Positions 1-10,789 of a stretch of DNA of 64,000 nt are shown here, one piece after another. The position numbers and the translations under genes were made by a program. The DNA lies in the NCBI GenBank assembly GCA_963845535.1, contig CAWJSK010000012.1, positions 576,001 through 640,000 on the forward strand. The letters run 5' to 3'. This DNA is from an uncultured Spirochaetota bacterium (lineage in GTDB: Bacteria; Spirochaetota; Spirochaetia; SZUA-6; Fen-1364). How positions within the stretch are numbered: position 1 is the stretch's first letter; each line of letters opens with the position of its first letter. The notes under the pieces are model-generated. The model was given only the letters and a program-made list of their open reading frames with translations. It searched no databases and was not told where the DNA came from.

Positions 1-243
1 GATGTAGGAGGAGCCGTTGGCGGCAGTGGGCAGGTAGTACAGCCCTGTGAGACCGACCTGGAAGACGCTCAGAAACTTGAAGCGGGCTTCCATCCCCCAT
101 GTGATGTCCAGGGGCTGGGTGAAAAGGCCTCCGATATCGCCGTCGTACATCCCGACGCCCCCGAGCTGGAAATCAGCGTAGCTCAAGGCCGGGGTCAAAG
201 CGAAAGTCAGAGAGAGTGCGATAGCGGCCAGCGCCTTCTTCAT
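1..243 (-). CDS. secreted/outer-membrane beta-barrel-like protein, partial (runs off the window)
   Basis: Translated by hand, not in the ORF track: MKKALAAIALSLTFALTPALSYA-DFQLGGVGMY...ITWGMEARFKFLSVFQVGLTGLYY. Signal peptide, GGAG RBS, alternating amphipathic beta-strands. Confidence 0.65.
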   Translation of the reverse strand, partial: MKKALAAIALSLTFALTPALSYADFQLGGVGMYDGDIGGLFTQPLDITWGMEARFKFLSVFQVGLTGLYYLPTAANGSSYI

Positions 244-320
244 GCGTGAAAGACTCCTTCGCGTGCGCGGCGAATAAAGCTCGCACGCAGGATACAACGT
301 AGCGCACGGGGAGAGGCATT

Positions 321-1700
321 TCAATCCTGGAGCAGGATGATCCTCCGCGCGGCCCTTCTGCACGCCTCCGCCAACCGGGAGATATCTTCCCGCGTGTGCG
401 CCATGGATACCGAGCCCAGCCCGTGCATGACAAAGACGTCCTCCAGCAGAAGGGCAAGCTGAAGCACGGTGTCTGACAGCGTGACGTCGCACACCTCCGG
501 GTTTCGCGTCTGCTCGGGGGAATCGCACGGACAGGAATCATCGAAAGGGAAGTGAATGGACGCCATGGAGCTGCCAGGCAGGGCGTCGTTTCCAAAACCC
601 GTACATTTCGCCGGCAATCCTTCCGAGCTCAAGGCGTCCTCGACGGCCCGGCGCGCCGCATCCCCCAGGCTGGCGAGCCGGGGATAGATCTCCGCCTCGT
701 GAGCAACAAGGTGCCGCATCATTGTCACGGAGGCGATCATGGAGGCGGGGTGGCACGAGTAGGTCCCGCCGGAGAACCTGACACTGCCCCCTTTGCCGGC
801 AAGGTCCATGATGTCCGCCCTCCCGGCAACCGCCGCAACGGGCATGCCCCCGCCAATGATCTTGGCGTACGTCGCAAGGTCCGGCTGGACTGAGAAAATG
901 CGCGACGTGCTTCCCGCGCAGAAGCGGAAACCCGCAATCACCTCATCGAAAATGAGAAGGGCTCCCTGTTCACGCGTCAGCTCGCGCGCCCGTTTCAGGA
1001 AAGCGAGGCTTGCGGGAAGGCTGCCGCTTGATCCCATGAACGGCTCCAAAATGAAGCAGGCGATGCGCGACCCATGCGTGCGAAACACTTCTTCCAGCAT
1101 GGGAACATCGTTGAAGCGCGTCACCAGCACCTGATCTGCAACCCCGGTGGGCAGGCCCCGGCTTTCCGCGTGCTGGAAGTTGTAGTCCACCCCCACCAGC
1201 CCCCAGGGCTGCGCACCGTGCCAGCCGCCCCCTACCTTGAGGACTTCCTCCCGGCCCGTGGCGGCCCGCGCCAGCATGATGGCGTACATGGTGGCCAGGG
1301 AGCCGCTGGAGGTGAGCCGCGCGCGCTCGGCGCCCGTGCGCTCGCACAGAAGCTCCGCCACCTCCACCTGCCGGGCATCCGTGAAGCCGGATTGCAGCCC
1401 AAAACCCTTGGAGAACGCGGCTGCCAGCGGCTCGGTGATTTCCCGAGGGTTATGTCCGAGGATGTTGGCGTGATGCCCCTGCCAGAAGTCCAGGATACGA
1501 TGCCCGTCCTCGTCCGTGACGGACGCGCCGTGCGCTTCACGGACGCGCGGCGGGAACGGCCTCAGGAGACGGATTGCGTGGCTCCCGCCGTCCACGAGCA
1601 CGCGGAGGGCTTTTGTGTTGATGACGGCGCTGCGGGGGGACCGGCGCGTATACTCCTCTGCAAGCGCGGCAAGGACTCGAGCGTGGTCTCGCTTCTTCAT
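321..1700 (-). CDS. class III PLP aminotransferase (glutamate-1-semialdehyde aminomutase-like)
   Basis: LIFDEVIAGFR and PDLATYAKIIGGGMP (PLP lysine) motifs, GGTYS. Confidence 0.85.
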   Translation of the reverse strand: MKKRDHARVLAALAEEYTRRSPRSAVINTKALRVLVDGGSHAIRLLRPFPPRVREAHGASVTDEDGHRILDFWQGHHANILGHNPREITEPLAAAFSKGFGLQSGFTDARQVEVAELLCERTGAERARLTSSGSLATMYAIMLARAATGREEVLKVGGGWHGAQPWGLVGVDYNFQHAESRGLPTGVADQVLVTRFNDVPMLEEVFRTHGSRIACFILEPFMGSSGSLPASLAFLKRARELTREQGALLIFDEVIAGFRFCAGSTSRIFSVQPDLATYAKIIGGGMPVAAVAGRADIMDLAGKGGSVRFSGGTYSCHPASMIASVTMMRHLVAHEAEIYPRLASLGDAARRAVEDALSSEGLPAKCTGFGNDALPGSSMASIHFPFDDSCPCDSPEQTRNPEVCDVTLSDTVLQLALLLEDVFVMHGLGSVSMAHTREDISRLAEACRRAARRIILLQD

Positions 1701-1737
1701 GGTTGAATGCAGTATATACAGGCGCTGGAGGGAACGA

Positions 1738-2634
1738 TCAAGGAGTCACCGCGGACTTCCGTCTGCCCGCGCGCTCTCTGACGGCTGCGGCCCGCGCCGT
1801 CAACAGCACCGCTGCAAGGATGAGGGCGCCGCCCGCAATTTTTGCCGGGGTGATTGCCTCCCCGAGGAGAAGCGCGGCCAGCGCCACGGCAACCGCGGGC
1901 TCGAAGGTGGACAGGATGGAGGCGCTCGTTGGTCCAACCCGCTCGAGGCCAGCAAAGAACAGGGCAATGGCAGCCACGGTGGAGACAATCGAGAGAGCGG
2001 CAATCGAGAGCCATCCCGCGCCGCTCCCGGGCCACACCGGCCCTTGAACGAATGCAATCCCGCTGTAAACCACGGCGGTGGAGCAGATGACAACGGCAGC
2101 GGCGGCCAGAGGGGAGACGCTCCGCATCACTTTTGTTCCCGCCAGGATGTACACCGCGTATATGGTTGCAGCGGCGACGGCCAGAGCGACGCCCACAGGC
2201 GTGCCGCCCTTTTCCAGGCCGATCATGAGAGCGGCCCCGGCCAGGGCCAGGGCCAGAGCCACGCCGCGTGAGACGGTGAAAGGTTCGTGATACACGAGCG
2301 TTGCCCCGACGGCAACAAGCATCGGGTACAGGTACAGGATCAGCGCGACAAGGCTGGCGGGGGCCTGGGTCAGCGCGGTGAAATAGCACAACGCCTGCAC
2401 CACGTAGATCACTCCGCCGAGGGCCACAAGAGCTATCAGTGCCCGGCCCGCCGGCATCCTGGCGCCGCGAAGCGCCGCAAGCGCCAGCATCACCGGCGCG
2501 GCAAATGCGAAGCGAAGAAAGAGAAGCGTGATCGGATTGACCCCGGAGGCATAGGCGAAGCGGGCAAAAATGGGCATTGCACCGTAGCAAGCCGCCGAGA
2601 GGACAATGAAAACAACCCCGACGTTTCGCGACAT
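1738..2634 (-). CDS. EamA/DMT family transporter
   Basis: Multiple hydrophobic helices in two EamA repeats (YLYP, TFEP motifs). Start trimmed to MSRNVG. Confidence 0.9.
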   Translation of the reverse strand: MSRNVGVVFIVLSAACYGAMPIFARFAYASGVNPITLLFLRFAFAAPVMLALAALRGARMPAGRALIALVALGGVIYVVQALCYFTALTQAPASLVALILYLYPMLVAVGATLVYHEPFTVSRGVALALALAGAALMIGLEKGGTPVGVALAVAAATIYAVYILAGTKVMRSVSPLAAAAVVICSTAVVYSGIAFVQGPVWPGSGAGWLSIAALSIVSTVAAIALFFAGLERVGPTSASILSTFEPAVAVALAALLLGEAITPAKIAGGALILAAVLLTARAAAVRERAGRRKSAVTP

Positions 2635-2658
2635 GGCGGTGAGTATATTATGCCTGCC

Positions 2659-3021
2659 ATGAAAAAGCTCAATCCACTGACGCCCGAAGAAGAACGCGTC
2701 ATAGTCCAGAAAGGGACCGAGAGGCCTTTCTCCGGTGAGTACGAATCCCTGGGGGAGAGCGGGACATACGTGTGCAGGAGGTGCAACGCCCCCCTGTACC
2801 GCTCGGAGGACAAGTTCGATGCTCGCTGCGGCTGGCCAAGCTTCGATCAGGAGATCCCTGGCGCCGTAAAACGCTCCGTGGACGCGGATGGAAGCCGCAC
2901 AGAGATCACATGCGCGGCCTGCGGCGCGCACCTTGGCCACGTGTTCCTGGGCGAAGGCTTTACGCCGAAGAACACCCGACACTGCGTGAACTCCATCTCC
3001 ATGAAGTTCGTAAAGGGGTAG
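2659..3021 (+). CDS. msrB: methionine-R-sulfoxide reductase
   Basis: [32 protein letters not shown] motifs. Confidence 0.95.
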   Translation: MKKLNPLTPEEERVIVQKGTERPFSGEYESLGESGTYVCRRCNAPLYRSEDKFDARCGWPSFDQEIPGAVKRSVDADGSRTEITCAACGAHLGHVFLGEGFTPKNTRHCVNSISMKFVKG

Positions 3022-3092
3022 CGCCACGAGCAGCGCGGGAAAAGGCACATTTGCCTCAGCCGGCTGCTGCGCTATACTGTCAGCCGCCCGGC

Positions 3093-3803
3093 ATGACAGA
3101 TCAAGAGCTTTGCATTCTCTATGAAGACAACCATCTCATCGCCGTCAACAAGAAGCCGTCCGACATCGTGCAAGGTGACAAGACGGGAGACGTGACGCTT
3201 GCTGATCGGGTCAAGGACTATATCCGGGCCACCCGCGGGAAGACGGGAGAAGTGTTCGTGGGCATCCCGCACCGCCTGGACAGGCCTACCAGCGGAGTGG
3301 TGCTTTTTGCCAGAACCAGCAAAGCCTTGGAAAGACTGAGCGCGGCGTTTCGGGAGGGGCAGGTGGAGAAAACGTACTGGACGATCGTTGCGGAAAAGCC
3401 GCCTGAAGAGTCAGGGACCCTTGTTCACTGGCTTACGCGGAATCCGGAACAGAACAAGTCGTACGCGTCGAAAACGCAAAGGCCAGGAGCGCGCGAAGCG
3501 CGGCTTTCCTATCGGCTCCTGTTCAGCCTGGAACGATACCACCTCCTGGAGATTGAGCTGGAGACCGGACGCCATCACCAGATCAGGGCCCAGCTTCACG
3601 CGGTGGGATGCCACATCAAGGGGGACCTGAAGTACGGGGCCCCGCGCTCCAACCCGGGCGGAGGGATCCACCTTCATGCGCGGAAGGTTTCCTTTCCGCA
3701 CCCTGTGAAAAAAGAGACAATTACAATAGAAGCGGACCCTCCGCGGGACGCGCTGTGGGATGCGGCCCTCGCAAAATGGAAAGCCGCGAGGCTTGGCGGT
3801 TGA
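3093..3803 (+). CDS. RluA-family RNA pseudouridine synthase
   Basis: HRLDRPTSG catalytic motif, GRHHQIR, GDLKYG. Confidence 0.92.
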   Translation: MTDQELCILYEDNHLIAVNKKPSDIVQGDKTGDVTLADRVKDYIRATRGKTGEVFVGIPHRLDRPTSGVVLFARTSKALERLSAAFREGQVEKTYWTIVAEKPPEESGTLVHWLTRNPEQNKSYASKTQRPGAREARLSYRLLFSLERYHLLEIELETGRHHQIRAQLHAVGCHIKGDLKYGAPRSNPGGGIHLHARKVSFPHPVKKETITIEADPPRDALWDAALAKWKAARLGG

Positions 3804-3805
3804 CA

Positions 3806-3970
3806 ATGTCGGTAGGAATTCAGAGACGGCAGGAACGGGCCGGGAGAATCCTTGCGGATTTTCTCATTGGCGCCCATGCCAAGATACACGCGGACCGGCT
3901 GTTGGCGCGTGACCGGGGATACCTCAGGGACTATTTCTCCGATCTGAAACTCTGGGACCCAATTTCCTGA
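3806..3970 (+). pseudogene. C-terminal fragment of a PIN-domain (VapC-like) toxin
   Basis: ADFLIGAHA...[21 protein letters not shown] resembles a VapC C-terminus. N-terminal half is absent. Confidence 0.6.
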
Positions 3971-4004
3971 GCCGCCGCGGCAAAGCGCTCGTTTTACAGC
4001 GCCT

Positions 4005-5327
4005 CTACAGCGCCTCGGTTGACATCTCCATCACGCGTGCCACGTTCTCGATGTCCACCACGTGCTTGCCGGTCAGCAGGCAGTAGTGGTGCGAGTAGAA
4101 CGCCTTCATGACCGCGGGGCCGTCCTTCACTTTCAGAAGAGCGCCGTTTCTGCAGTCCGAGCCAGGGTACTGCACGTAGCCCTCGAGCTCCCCGGCGATT
4201 GCCTGGATGCTCTTCAACTCAGGATGGAGCTTCGCCAGCGTCATTGCTCCCGTGGCCATGCGCGCATCCATGGCGTGCGCGTTGTCGTTGACGATGGCGA
4301 GCACTTTGGGCCGCAACGTCCAGTGAGAGCAGAACGGGCGCGGCACCACGCCGAAGAACCCGCAGTGCACCATGAGGAGGTGGTTCTCCGGCTCCAGCAC
4401 GTCGGGGAACGTGTCGATCTTTTCATGCTTCAGCGCCGCTCCTCCCATGAGGAAGGGGTAGAGGTTGCTCATCATGATGGGGTTGGCAAGGGACCGCTCC
4501 AGGATGAACATCGTGAGGAGGGACAGCGTGTCGGCTTCGCACGCCCATATGAGGCGCCTGTCCTGGTAGAGCAGGTCCCAGGCGAGGCATGGCGTGGTGT
4601 CCGAGTACTCGGACTCATTGAGGCAGTTGATGCCGGCCCCCTGGATGGAGGGGTCTGCTTCGACCTCCCGCTTGAGCGCCACATACAGTTTCAGCGCCGA
4701 GCTGACCGGCCGCTCGCCCAGGCCTTCCATGGGGACAGGCCGATTGTTGAGAACCGCGCGCGCGTCTGCGTCGGTGATCTTCTTTGCCTGCTCGCCGAGG
4801 GTCTTGAAGCTCTTCTTGACGATGCGGATGCCGAACTTCTCCCGGATCAGCTCGCTTGCCCTGTCCTCCCACCACCAGAACCGCTTGAAGATCTCCGGCT
4901 GCTCCCCGCCCACCCCCGGCCTGTCCTGGTAAACGAGGAACTTCACTTCCTTCATCTCCCGTTTGAGCGCAAGGGCCCGGCAGATCTTCCTGGTCTGCTC
5001 GATATTGTACGGCGTGAACGCGTTCATGCCGAGGGAGCGCATGAACGTGACGATCTCCCAGTCCCACATGTTCACCGTGCCGAAATCCGAAGTAAGCACC
5101 AGCACGGGAAGCTTGATCTTCTTCAGGGCGCCGAGCTGGGAGAACGCGTCTCCCAGCAATTGGGGGAATACCACGGCATCCGCGCCGGACGTCAGCCTCC
5201 CGCCCAGAGCCACCGGTGAAAGGACTTCCGCCTCCTCAGCGAGCAGGTCCTTCACGATCCCCAGGTGCTTGGTGAACTCGGCGTCCATTCCGGACTTGAA
5301 ATGGACAGGAACGAGAATGGCTTTCAT
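4005..5327 (-). CDS. L-fucose/L-arabinose isomerase-like protein
   Basis: INCL...PCLA...WACEAD...HCG pattern of the fucose-isomerase-like family; located in a sugar operon. Confidence 0.6.
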   Translation of the reverse strand: MKAILVPVHFKSGMDAEFTKHLGIVKDLLAEEAEVLSPVALGGRLTSGADAVVFPQLLGDAFSQLGALKKIKLPVLVLTSDFGTVNMWDWEIVTFMRSLGMNAFTPYNIEQTRKICRALALKREMKEVKFLVYQDRPGVGGEQPEIFKRFWWWEDRASELIREKFGIRIVKKSFKTLGEQAKKITDADARAVLNNRPVPMEGLGERPVSSALKLYVALKREVEADPSIQGAGINCLNESEYSDTTPCLAWDLLYQDRRLIWACEADTLSLLTMFILERSLANPIMMSNLYPFLMGGAALKHEKIDTFPDVLEPENHLLMVHCGFFGVVPRPFCSHWTLRPKVLAIVNDNAHAMDARMATGAMTLAKLHPELKSIQAIAGELEGYVQYPGSDCRNGALLKVKDGPAVMKAFYSHHYCLLTGKHVVDIENVARVMEMSTEAL

Positions 5328-6487
5328 GGCTTCAGCTCGATGGTCTTCCCGGTTTCGGCGGACCGCAGGCCTGCATCAAGAACTTCCATTTCCTTCATGC
5401 CGTCATAGAAGTTCGGCTCGATCTTCGTCTTCGTGTCCACGGCCGTGAGGAAGTCCACCATGGCGTGCACGAACTCGTGCTCGTAGCCGATAATGTGCCC
5501 GGGCGGCCACCAGTGGCCCACGTAGTCATGGACCCCGCCCTCCGTGGCAATGATTGTCCGGAAGCCCTGCGCGTTTGCCGGGTCGTCGTTGGAGAAGAAC
5601 TTCAGCTCGTTCATCCGCTCCAGGTCGAAGAGAATGCTGCCCTTGCTCCCGTAGATCTCGAAATAGTTGTAGTTCTTGCGCCCGGGGGCAAACCGCGTGG
5701 CCTCGAAGCTTCCCAACGCCCCGTTTTCGAACTCCACGGTCATGAAGGCCGCGTCCTCCACCGTGACCTTGCCCTTCTCCGCGCCCTTGACCTTTCCGCT
5801 GAACGTACCGGACGCGGCTTCATCCGGAAGCGGCCTTTCCGTGATGAAGTGCGCGGTCATGCCGCTGACCTTCTTGATGTCACCAACGAGATAGCGCGCC
5901 AGATCCACGCTGTGGGAGTTCAAGTCCCCCTGTGGTCCCGAGCCCGCCAGCTCCTTCTGGAGGTGCCAGGTGAGCGGGAAGCTCGGATCGACTATCCAGG
6001 ACTGCAGGTAGGCGCCGCGCCAGTGGAAGATTCGTCCCACCTTGCCGTCATCGATCAGCTTCTTCGCAAGACGCACCGCGGGGCAGCGGCGGTAGTTGTG
6101 GTTGATGTAGTGCGTGATCCCTTTCTTTTCCGCCGCCTCGTACATCTCCTTCGCCTGCGTGAGGTTCATGGCCAGCGGCTTCTCGCAGAAGATGTGCTTG
6201 CCGGCCTTGATCGCCTCCATGGCAATCTCGTAATGCAGGTACTGGGGCGCGCTGATGTCGACAATGTCCACGTCGTCGCGGCGCACCATCTTTTTCCAGT
6301 CCGCCTCGGTGTGCTCCCATCCCCAGCGGTCCGCGAACTGCTTCAGTGATTCCTGGTGCCTGCCGCAGGCAACCTTGAGCACGGGTTGCACGTCCAGGTC
6401 GAAGAAAAGCGGCGCCTGCTTCCACCCGTTGGAGTGCGCCTTGCCCATGAACTTGTAGCCGACGATGCCGACGTTGAGCTTCTTCAT
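5324..6487 (-). CDS. Gfo/Idh/MocA family oxidoreductase
   Basis: GIVGYKFMG, HIFCEKPLA, DLNSHSVD, WWPPGH motifs. Confidence 0.92.
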   Translation of the reverse strand: MKKLNVGIVGYKFMGKAHSNGWKQAPLFFDLDVQPVLKVACGRHQESLKQFADRWGWEHTEADWKKMVRRDDVDIVDISAPQYLHYEIAMEAIKAGKHIFCEKPLAMNLTQAKEMYEAAEKKGITHYINHNYRRCPAVRLAKKLIDDGKVGRIFHWRGAYLQSWIVDPSFPLTWHLQKELAGSGPQGDLNSHSVDLARYLVGDIKKVSGMTAHFITERPLPDEAASGTFSGKVKGAEKGKVTVEDAAFMTVEFENGALGSFEATRFAPGRKNYNYFEIYGSKGSILFDLERMNELKFFSNDDPANAQGFRTIIATEGGVHDYVGHWWPPGHIIGYEHEFVHAMVDFLTAVDTKTKIEPNFYDGMKEMEVLDAGLRSAETGKTIELKP

Positions 6488-6503
6488 GCAGTCCTCCGTG
6501 CCC

Positions 6504-7364
6504 TCAGCTCAGGCTGTTCGCAATTCGCCGCAGCTCTTTCACGCTTGCGGCAACCGCCTTGTCCTCGTCCCCCTTGTAGTCGGGATGGAGGAAGTCGATC
6601 TCCACGGCGAGGAACCCCTCGTAGTTCGCGTTCTTGAGAAGCTGCGCGAGCTTCTGGTTGTTCACGAGGCCGTCGCCAACGGGAGTCGAAGAGAAGAAGA
6701 ACCAGTCATCCACGGACGCCTCCCGGTTGGGCTTCAGGTCTTTCACATGCGTTGCCAGCGTGTGCTTCGCAAGCTTCTCCATGCCCTTGATCGGGTCATC
6801 GAGCACCCGCATGAAGTTGCCGGTGTCGAAGTTGATCCCGAAGTACGGAGAGTTCACGGCCTTGATGAGGCTCAGCATCTCCTCCGAGGTGAAGTCGATG
6901 TGGTTCTCATCCGCGATCCTCACGTCGTGCTTTGCCGCCACCTTCACCGCCTCGGTGAACATCGTCGTGAGCTTGTCCAGCATGGGCCCATGAGGTTCGT
7001 TCCTGAACTGGAGGCTTGCGCCGCAGACGCGCATCACCGTGGCGCCGATGGCGGCCGCGTACTCGATGTTCTTCATCATGTCGGCGAAGGCCTTCTCGTT
7101 GCGCCCGCCCTCCAGGCCGTCCGGATGGCCCCATGCGAAAACACGTTCCATCTTGTACCCGTCGAGCATCCCTTTGATTTCGCTGAGGTACTCCGGATCA
7201 AAGCGCGGGATGAAGCATGACTCGAGGGATACCCCGTCCACCTTCAGCTCGTGTGCCCTCTTGATGAACCACTCCAGAGTGAGGTCCTTGGGAGGCTTCT
7301 GCTGCTGCGGATATACCTCGCCGAAGAAACGATGATAACAGTAGCTGTCAATGCCGATTTTCAT
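6504..7364 (-). CDS. sugar phosphate isomerase/epimerase (xylose-isomerase-like TIM barrel)
   Basis: ENH, NFDTGN, HVKD, VGDG, AVE metal ligands. Confidence 0.85.
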   Translation of the reverse strand: MKIGIDSYCYHRFFGEVYPQQQKPPKDLTLEWFIKRAHELKVDGVSLESCFIPRFDPEYLSEIKGMLDGYKMERVFAWGHPDGLEGGRNEKAFADMMKNIEYAAAIGATVMRVCGASLQFRNEPHGPMLDKLTTMFTEAVKVAAKHDVRIADENHIDFTSEEMLSLIKAVNSPYFGINFDTGNFMRVLDDPIKGMEKLAKHTLATHVKDLKPNREASVDDWFFFSSTPVGDGLVNNQKLAQLLKNANYEGFLAVEIDFLHPDYKGDEDKAVAASVKELRRIANSLS

Positions 7365-7416
7365 CCCCTTTGCCTCCTTAGGTAATCTCGGCCGTCTTTG
7401 ATGTCGCTTTCCTCGA

Positions 7417-7445
7417 ATCGTAACTCAAGTGAAAGGAATTGTCAA
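7417..7445 (-). promoter_or_regulatory. internal sigma70-type promoter
   Basis: TTGACA-N17-TACGAT on the minus strand, in the AT-rich gap upstream of 7364. Confidence 0.6.
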
Positions 7446-7466
7446 ACAAATGAAAGAAAACAGTAG

Positions 7467-8714
7467 CTACGTGTGCTTCTCTGACTCTGCCAGCGCGCCC
7501 TTTTCTTTCCTGATCTCCTTCAGCTCCCGCGTATATTCCCTCTCGTACGTCGAGCAGCCCACGGGGACCTGGCGGATGAGGAACTCGATGCAGTTATCGC
7601 ACACGGTGCACCAGTTGATGTCGTCCTCTTTGCCCTGCTCGAGCTTGAGGGCGAACAGCGGCTCCGCAAGAGATTGCCTGCCGATGGCCACCATGTCGCA
7701 CACGCCGTCCCTGATGTTCTTGTTTCCCCAGTACAGGAGGGACGATTCCTCCCTCTTCACGCCGCGGAAGTTGTTCTTTCCATTCTTGTAGATCGAGTTG
7801 TTGGAGCCGATAACCACCGTCTCGGGCTTGAGCACGGACCGTATCTGCTTCTGGAAACCGAAGTGCAGGTACGAGGTCTCCGGGACGTTCTTGAACGCCT
7901 GCACGAGCGAAAGCGTGAGTGACGGGTTGCCCGCCGACTCGATGATGTACTTCGCCCCGCGAGCTTCCAGGCCTTTCACCAGGTCCAGGACCTCGGTAAG
8001 GTCCATGATGGGCGTGTCGGGACCCGCGCTTCCCATGCCGCCGGGCAGGCCTTCCCACACGGAAATCTTCGACCCGACGATGAAGCCCGGGTCTTTGATC
8101 TCCTTTTCAATACGCTCGTAGAACTCGTAGGCGAAGCGCGTGCGGTTGGCCCACGTGCCGCCGTACTTCCACTTCCGGTCGTTGAACGGCCGCAGGAGCT
8201 GCGTGCCGAGATACCCGTGGCAGAGCTTGAAGTCCACGCCGTCCGCTCCGCAGTCATGCGCCATCTTTGCGGCGAACACGAACCGCTCCAGGATCTCATC
8301 CACTTCCTCATCCGTCAGGAGACGGCCCTCATAGCCAGGGAACGGCTTCACGCATACCCGTTCGGAGAACTCAGGGCTGGAAAGCTCACCGGAATGCGTG
8401 AGCTGCCAGAGGATGATCGGCTTGGGGTTTGCCTTCCTCATGGTTGCCACGAGCTCCGTGAGGCCTTTCTGGTTCTGGGGGAGCGCGGTGAGCTGGTGGA
8501 GCCTCCCGCGGTTCTCATCCACCACGGACAGGGCTTCCACGACAATGACCCCTGCGTCCCCGCGAGCAAGCCGCTCATAGCGGCGGAAAGCCGTGCTTGT
8601 GGGGTTGCCGTTGGTGTCAGCGTCACAGCACTCCATGGCGTTGATGGCAATCCTGTTGGCGGCTGTCTTCTTTCCGATCCTGACAGGCGTCAGGATGGGC
8701 ATGGTTTCCGTCAT
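7467..8714 (-). CDS. NADH:flavin oxidoreductase (Old Yellow Enzyme family)
   Basis: NRIAINAME, QLTHSG, GADGVDFKLCHGYL, YGGTWANRTRF, terminal CxxCxxC. Confidence 0.88.
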   Translation of the reverse strand: MTETMPILTPVRIGKKTAANRIAINAMECCDADTNGNPTSTAFRRYERLARGDAGVIVVEALSVVDENRGRLHQLTALPQNQKGLTELVATMRKANPKPIILWQLTHSGELSSPEFSERVCVKPFPGYEGRLLTDEEVDEILERFVFAAKMAHDCGADGVDFKLCHGYLGTQLLRPFNDRKWKYGGTWANRTRFAYEFYERIEKEIKDPGFIVGSKISVWEGLPGGMGSAGPDTPIMDLTEVLDLVKGLEARGAKYIIESAGNPSLTLSLVQAFKNVPETSYLHFGFQKQIRSVLKPETVVIGSNNSIYKNGKNNFRGVKREESSLLYWGNKNIRDGVCDMVAIGRQSLAEPLFALKLEQGKEDDINWCTVCDNCIEFLIRQVPVGCSTYEREYTRELKEIRKEKGALAESEKHT

Positions 8715-9770
8715 AGCATTTCCCTCTTGGAGACTTCCGAGGAGACGAACACCTTGAACAGGTTCGGATTGGAACGGAGCTCCTTGAGGGCAATTTCCAG
8801 CTCCTCCAGCGGCACGATCATCGAGAACATGCTTTCCGGCTTGATGTGGCCGTTGGCTATCAGCGACATCGCATCCGTCCAGTCCGTGCCGACCCCGGCG
8901 CAGGAGCCCACGACGGTTTTTTCTCCGAGCACGAGATCGAACGGCCTTACCTTGATGGTGTCATCACCGGCGCAGATGCCGAAAGCGGCAATGGTGCCGC
9001 CCGGGCGCACCATCTGGAAAGCCTGCTCGTACGTCTTCGGGGAGCCGACCGCTTCCACCACAAAGTCCGCGCCTCGTCCTCCGGTCAGCCGCTTCACCTC
9101 CGCCACGGGGTCATTGCCGTCCTTGATGTTGATGATGACGTCGACTCCGAACTCCTTCGCAATGCCGAGCCTCTTCTCATTGTCCCCGATCACGATCACC
9201 GGCGCCGCCCCGCGGAGGCGCGCCAGGAGGCCGTGGAGCACTCCGAGGCCGCTGCCGATCACCGCCACGGAGCTTCCGTGCGTGACCTTGGCCGCCTTGG
9301 ATGAATGGATGACGCAGGAGACCGGCTCGAATGAACGCCGCCTGGAGGAAGGTCAGGTTCTCCGGCAGCTTGTGCACCTGCTCCCAGGGAGCTTTCACGT
9401 ACTCCGCGTACGTCCCATCCACGTGGATCCCCAGTTGATGGAAATCCGGGCACAGGAGCTTCTGGCCCTGGCGGCAGTAGAAACAACTGCCGCAGCTCAT
9501 GTTGATGTCCGCCGTGACCCTGTCACCTTCGCGGAGGTTGCGCGCCTTCTTCCCCACCTGGGCGATTGTGCCGGAGAACTCGTGCCCCGCAATCAGAGGC
9601 AGCTTGTCCGCCGAGTACTTGCCCGTGTAGATGCTCCAGTCGGTGCCGCAGATGCCGGTGTATTTGACCTTGATCAGGACCTCGTCTTCCGAGATCTCGG
9701 GGACCGGGACCTGCTTGACGGTGATCTTCTCGACCTTCTCGAAAACCGCGGCCTTCATCATCTTTCCCAT
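8711..9770 (-). CDS. zinc-dependent alcohol/polyol dehydrogenase, split by one frameshift near 9330
   Basis: GICGTD, GHEFSG, CxxCxxC. Removing one base restores AAFIEPVSCVIHS...VAVIGSGLG and joins ORFs 9177-9770 and 8711-9268. Confidence 0.88.
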
Positions 9771-9805
9771 GTCATGTCTTCCTTTCCAGTGTAAATCCGG
9801 TGAAC

Positions 9806-10777
9806 TTAGTTGAACAGAACGTCGTGGCGCCCCTCATAGGGCTTGTCGATGAGGAGCGGCTTCAGGTAGGCGATGGTCTTGGTGATCCCGTCCTGCCGGC
9901 TCATGGTCACATCCTCATGCTCGTAACTCATCACGTAGTCGTACCCGATCATGGAGAGCTCCGTGATCACTTTCTTCCAGGGCACCGAGCCCCAGCCGGG
10001 GATGCGGAAGCGGAACCCGCGTCCCAGTCTCTGCCAATCCCCCTGCGGGATGCGGCCGGAGCGCTTCACGTTGTGCTCCACCACCTCCCCGTCCTTGGCG
10101 TGCACGTGGAGGATGTGCCCCTTGAGCTGGTCAACGAAGCTCTCCACGTTGATGTCCAGGTAGATCAGGTTTGCCGGGTCGAAGTTGAACCCGAACTCCT
10201 TGCGGTTGCCCAGAAGCTCGACGGCCCGAAGCGCGCTGTCAATGTCGTAGACGAGCTGATTGGGGTGCGGCTCGTGCGCGAACTTCACCCCGTACTCCCG
10301 GAACTTGTCCAGGATCTTTCCCCAGCGCTCCACCATCTCCTGCTCCATGTCCGCCCAGCCCTTGGAGTACGGCCACGGGAAGAAGCGGCCGAAGTTCTCA
10401 CACCCCAGGAAGCCGGTCACCACGGGTACGCCCAGGGCGTTCGCCGCGGCGGCGGTCTTGATCATGCGCTCCGTTCCGAACGCGATCTTCTCTTCCTTGG
10501 TGCCTTTGAAAATTGCGTCAGTGTCCTTCCCATAGGGTCCTAGCACGATCTGTCCCTCGGGATGGTTGGCGAGCGCAGAGATGATGAGGCCGTGTCCGCT
10601 CACCATCGAAAGCAGCGCTTTCGCGTTCGAGCCTTTCACGACGTCCTCGATATCCAGATGCGGATTTCCCATGAACGCCGGGATCTCCACCGCCTGGTAG
10701 CCCAGCCCCGCAGCCATGGCGCAGATGTCGTCGAGCTTCTTGTCCAGGAAAGTTGCGGTGAACAATCCGATCTTCAT
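9806..10777 (-). CDS. sugar phosphate isomerase/epimerase (IolE/MocC-like TIM barrel)
   Basis: HEPHP, FNFDPAN, HVHAKD, FRIPGWG, SYEHED. Confidence 0.85.
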   Translation of the reverse strand: MKIGLFTATFLDKKLDDICAMAAGLGYQAVEIPAFMGNPHLDIEDVVKGSNAKALLSMVSGHGLIISALANHPEGQIVLGPYGKDTDAIFKGTKEEKIAFGTERMIKTAAAANALGVPVVTGFLGCENFGRFFPWPYSKGWADMEQEMVERWGKILDKFREYGVKFAHEPHPNQLVYDIDSALRAVELLGNRKEFGFNFDPANLIYLDINVESFVDQLKGHILHVHAKDGEVVEHNVKRSGRIPQGDWQRLGRGFRFRIPGWGSVPWKKVITELSMIGYDYVMSYEHEDVTMSRQDGITKTIAYLKPLLIDKPYEGRHDVLFN

Positions 10778-10789
10778 CGTGCTCCCTCC

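Noticed and set aside
321..1700. hemL gene symbol
   Set aside because: The family is clear but the sequence is divergent and no tetrapyrrole genes are adjacent.
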